Source of the DNA: Acidobacteriota bacterium
GTDB taxonomy: Bacteria; Acidobacteriota; UBA6911; RPQK01; JADFOI01
Assembly (NCBI GenBank): GCA_963663035.1
Contig: OY760074.1
Span: forward strand, 1,632,001 to 1,696,000
Direction of reading: 5' to 3'
DNA: 64,000 nt
In this document: positions 62,471 to 64,000 of the stretch, in pieces
How the letters are laid out: each line of letters opens with the position of its first letter
Position numbering within the stretch: position 1 is the first letter of the stretch
Notes under the pieces: model-generated
What the model saw: only the letters and a program-made list of their open reading frames with translations
Databases searched by the model: none
What the model was told of the DNA's origin: nothing
Translations under genes and position numbers: made by a program

Positions 62471-63172
62471 CTGTCCGGGCCGCAGTTCGATGATCTCCGT
62501 CCCCAGCTCACCTATCAGTTCTCGCAGCTCCTCCGGCGTTCCAGTCAGTGGAGGGAAGGTACCATAGTGCATGGGCAGGACTGTCTTTGCATTCATGAGC
62601 CGACAGGCATAGGCCGCTTCTTTTGGGCTCATGGTAAACAAGTCACCTATCGGGAGCAAGATGAGCTCAGGCTCATAGAGTTCTGCGATGATTTTCATGT
62701 CAGAGAAGACACAGGTATCGCCTGCATGGTAAATGCGGAATCCATTTTCGAACTCCACCACGTAACCGGCGGCTTCCCCACCATAGCTGATCGATCCATC
62801 ATCCTCGAGGATTCCGCAGCTATGACGCGCATCCACCATCGTGACACGCACATCATTGAGCTGTAGAGAGCCACCCTTGTTCATGGCATTCGTATTCTGA
62901 ACACCCTTCCGCTCAAGCCAGTGCGCTATCTCGTAGATACATCCGATCTGTGGCTTGTGGGTCTTGGCTAACTCGAGAACATCTTGGATATGATCAAAGT
63001 GAGCGTGGGTGATGAGAACAGTATCCAGGGAATCGATTGCCTTGTCCTGCTCGGGGCAAGCCGGGTTGTTCTGCACCCATGGATCGATGAGGAGCTTCTT
63101 TCCCCCGGGAGTGGTAATGAGAAAAGTCGCATGACCGAGGTACTTGATGTGGACATTGCTAATAAAGGCCAA
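62459..63172 (-). CDS. Metallo-beta-lactamase-fold metal-dependent hydrolase (UPF0173-like)
   Basis: LGHATF, THAHFDH, YHAGDT, LPIGD.FTM and PMHYGTFP motifs; TTG start after aggaga. Confidence 0.9.
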   Translation of the reverse strand: MAFISNVHIKYLGHATFLITTPGGKKLLIDPWVQNNPACPEQDKAIDSLDTVLITHAHFDHIQDVLELAKTHKPQIGCIYEIAHWLERKGVQNTNAMNKGGSLQLNDVRVTMVDARHSCGILEDDGSISYGGEAAGYVVEFENGFRIYHAGDTCVFSDMKIIAELYEPELILLPIGDLFTMSPKEAAYACRLMNAKTVLPMHYGTFPPLTGTPEELRELIGELGTEIIELRPGQSLT

Positions 63173-63273
63173 AAGGTCTCCTGTGGCTCCTGAATATACT
63201 CGACCCGGAGAATCGAGTAAACTAGTGTGTGGTGGGTAGTTTCGCAATTTCTCTCTGGGTTTAGAACGACTGA

Positions 63274-64000
63274 ATGGCCAAACTGATCTTTCTTTATCTC
63301 CTCTTCTTCGTCGTCGGGATGATGGCGCTGAAATTGCTGGTCGTCCTGCTTGAACCCCGGCTCACTTTCTTCCCTCTCCGTGGACTGGATAGGGCCCCTG
63401 AGAAATCGGGCCTCCCGATTAAGGAGATCCCTCTCGAGACAACCGATGAGGAGACTGTTTATGCATGGTTACTGGAACACCCCGAGCCGAGGGGTGAAGT
63501 CCTGTTTTTCCACGGAAACGGCGGTAATCTTTCTATCTGGCAAGATTTTCTGATGAGCCTTTACCACCACTCTCTTACGGTCTTTGCCCTGGACTACCGT
63601 GGCTACGGGAAAAGCACTGGATCCCCGACCGAGGAAGGTCTCTACAAAGATGCCGAAGCCCTGCTGCGCCGCTTCTGGACTAAGATTCACCGTCCCGATC
63701 TCAAGGTCATCTACTGGGGACAATCCCTGGGGGGATCGGTTGCAGCTTTCGCAACAACCGTCACAAAGCCGGACGGCGTGATCCTGGAGTCGAGTTTTCC
63801 CAACAAATATTCCCTGCTCAATCACCATCCGGTACTGAAGGTCCTGGGTTTCCTTTCCGAGTTCAAGTTTCCAACGGCGGAGTTTCTTGACGGTATTTCT
63901 CGCCCAGTTCTGGTTCTTCACGGTGAGCAGGACAAGGTTGTCCCTCTCAAACAGGGACAGCTGTTATTCGACAGTCTGCAGACGGAAAAATACCTTCACA
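63274..64000 (+). CDS. Alpha/beta hydrolase; runs off the end of the window
   Basis: Manual translation: N-terminal TM, FFHGNGGN, DYRGYGKS, GQSLGG and HGEQD. Confidence 0.9.
   Translation, partial: MAKLIFLYLLFFVVGMMALKLLVVLLEPRLTFFPLRGLDRAPEKSGLPIKEIPLETTDEETVYAWLLEHPEPRGEVLFFHGNGGNLSIWQDFLMSLYHHSLTVFALDYRGYGKSTGSPTEEGLYKDAEALLRRFWTKIHRPDLKVIYWGQSLGGSVAAFATTVTKPDGVILESSFPNKYSLLNHHPVLKVLGFLSEFKFPTAEFLDGISRPVLVLHGEQDKVVPLKQGQLLFDSLQTEKYLH

Overview
Bacterial chromosomal window, probably Acidobacteriota (inferred from the Ser/Thr kinase-propeller, LDSWKEIA-type HTH-TPR, PilZ, HEAT and SBBP genes). 1-17 kb is mostly metabolic and housekeeping: a three-subunit molybdenum hydroxylase, mocA, two UbiD decarboxylases, a TRAP permease, nfo and an M23 peptidase, with three MITEs. 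About 17-61.7 kb is an accessory hot-spot around tRNA-Gly(CCC), present as one intact copy, one copy with deletions and one 3' half, with repeated att-like arms. It carries fabH, a kinase, tandem amidohydrolases, Fic, a DEAD-box helicase, katG, an ATPase, ori/iteron-like repeats without a rep gene, an intact IS3, IS481 and IS91 remnants, and many deletion scars. Two inverted IS256 copies bracket a pair of dif-like sites, a MazEF-type pair and a HEPN pair. Core genes resume at about 61.8 kb. Homopolymer frameshifts and one scrambled segment suggest long-read consensus errors. No CRISPR array was seen. All calls were made by eye; no searches were run.
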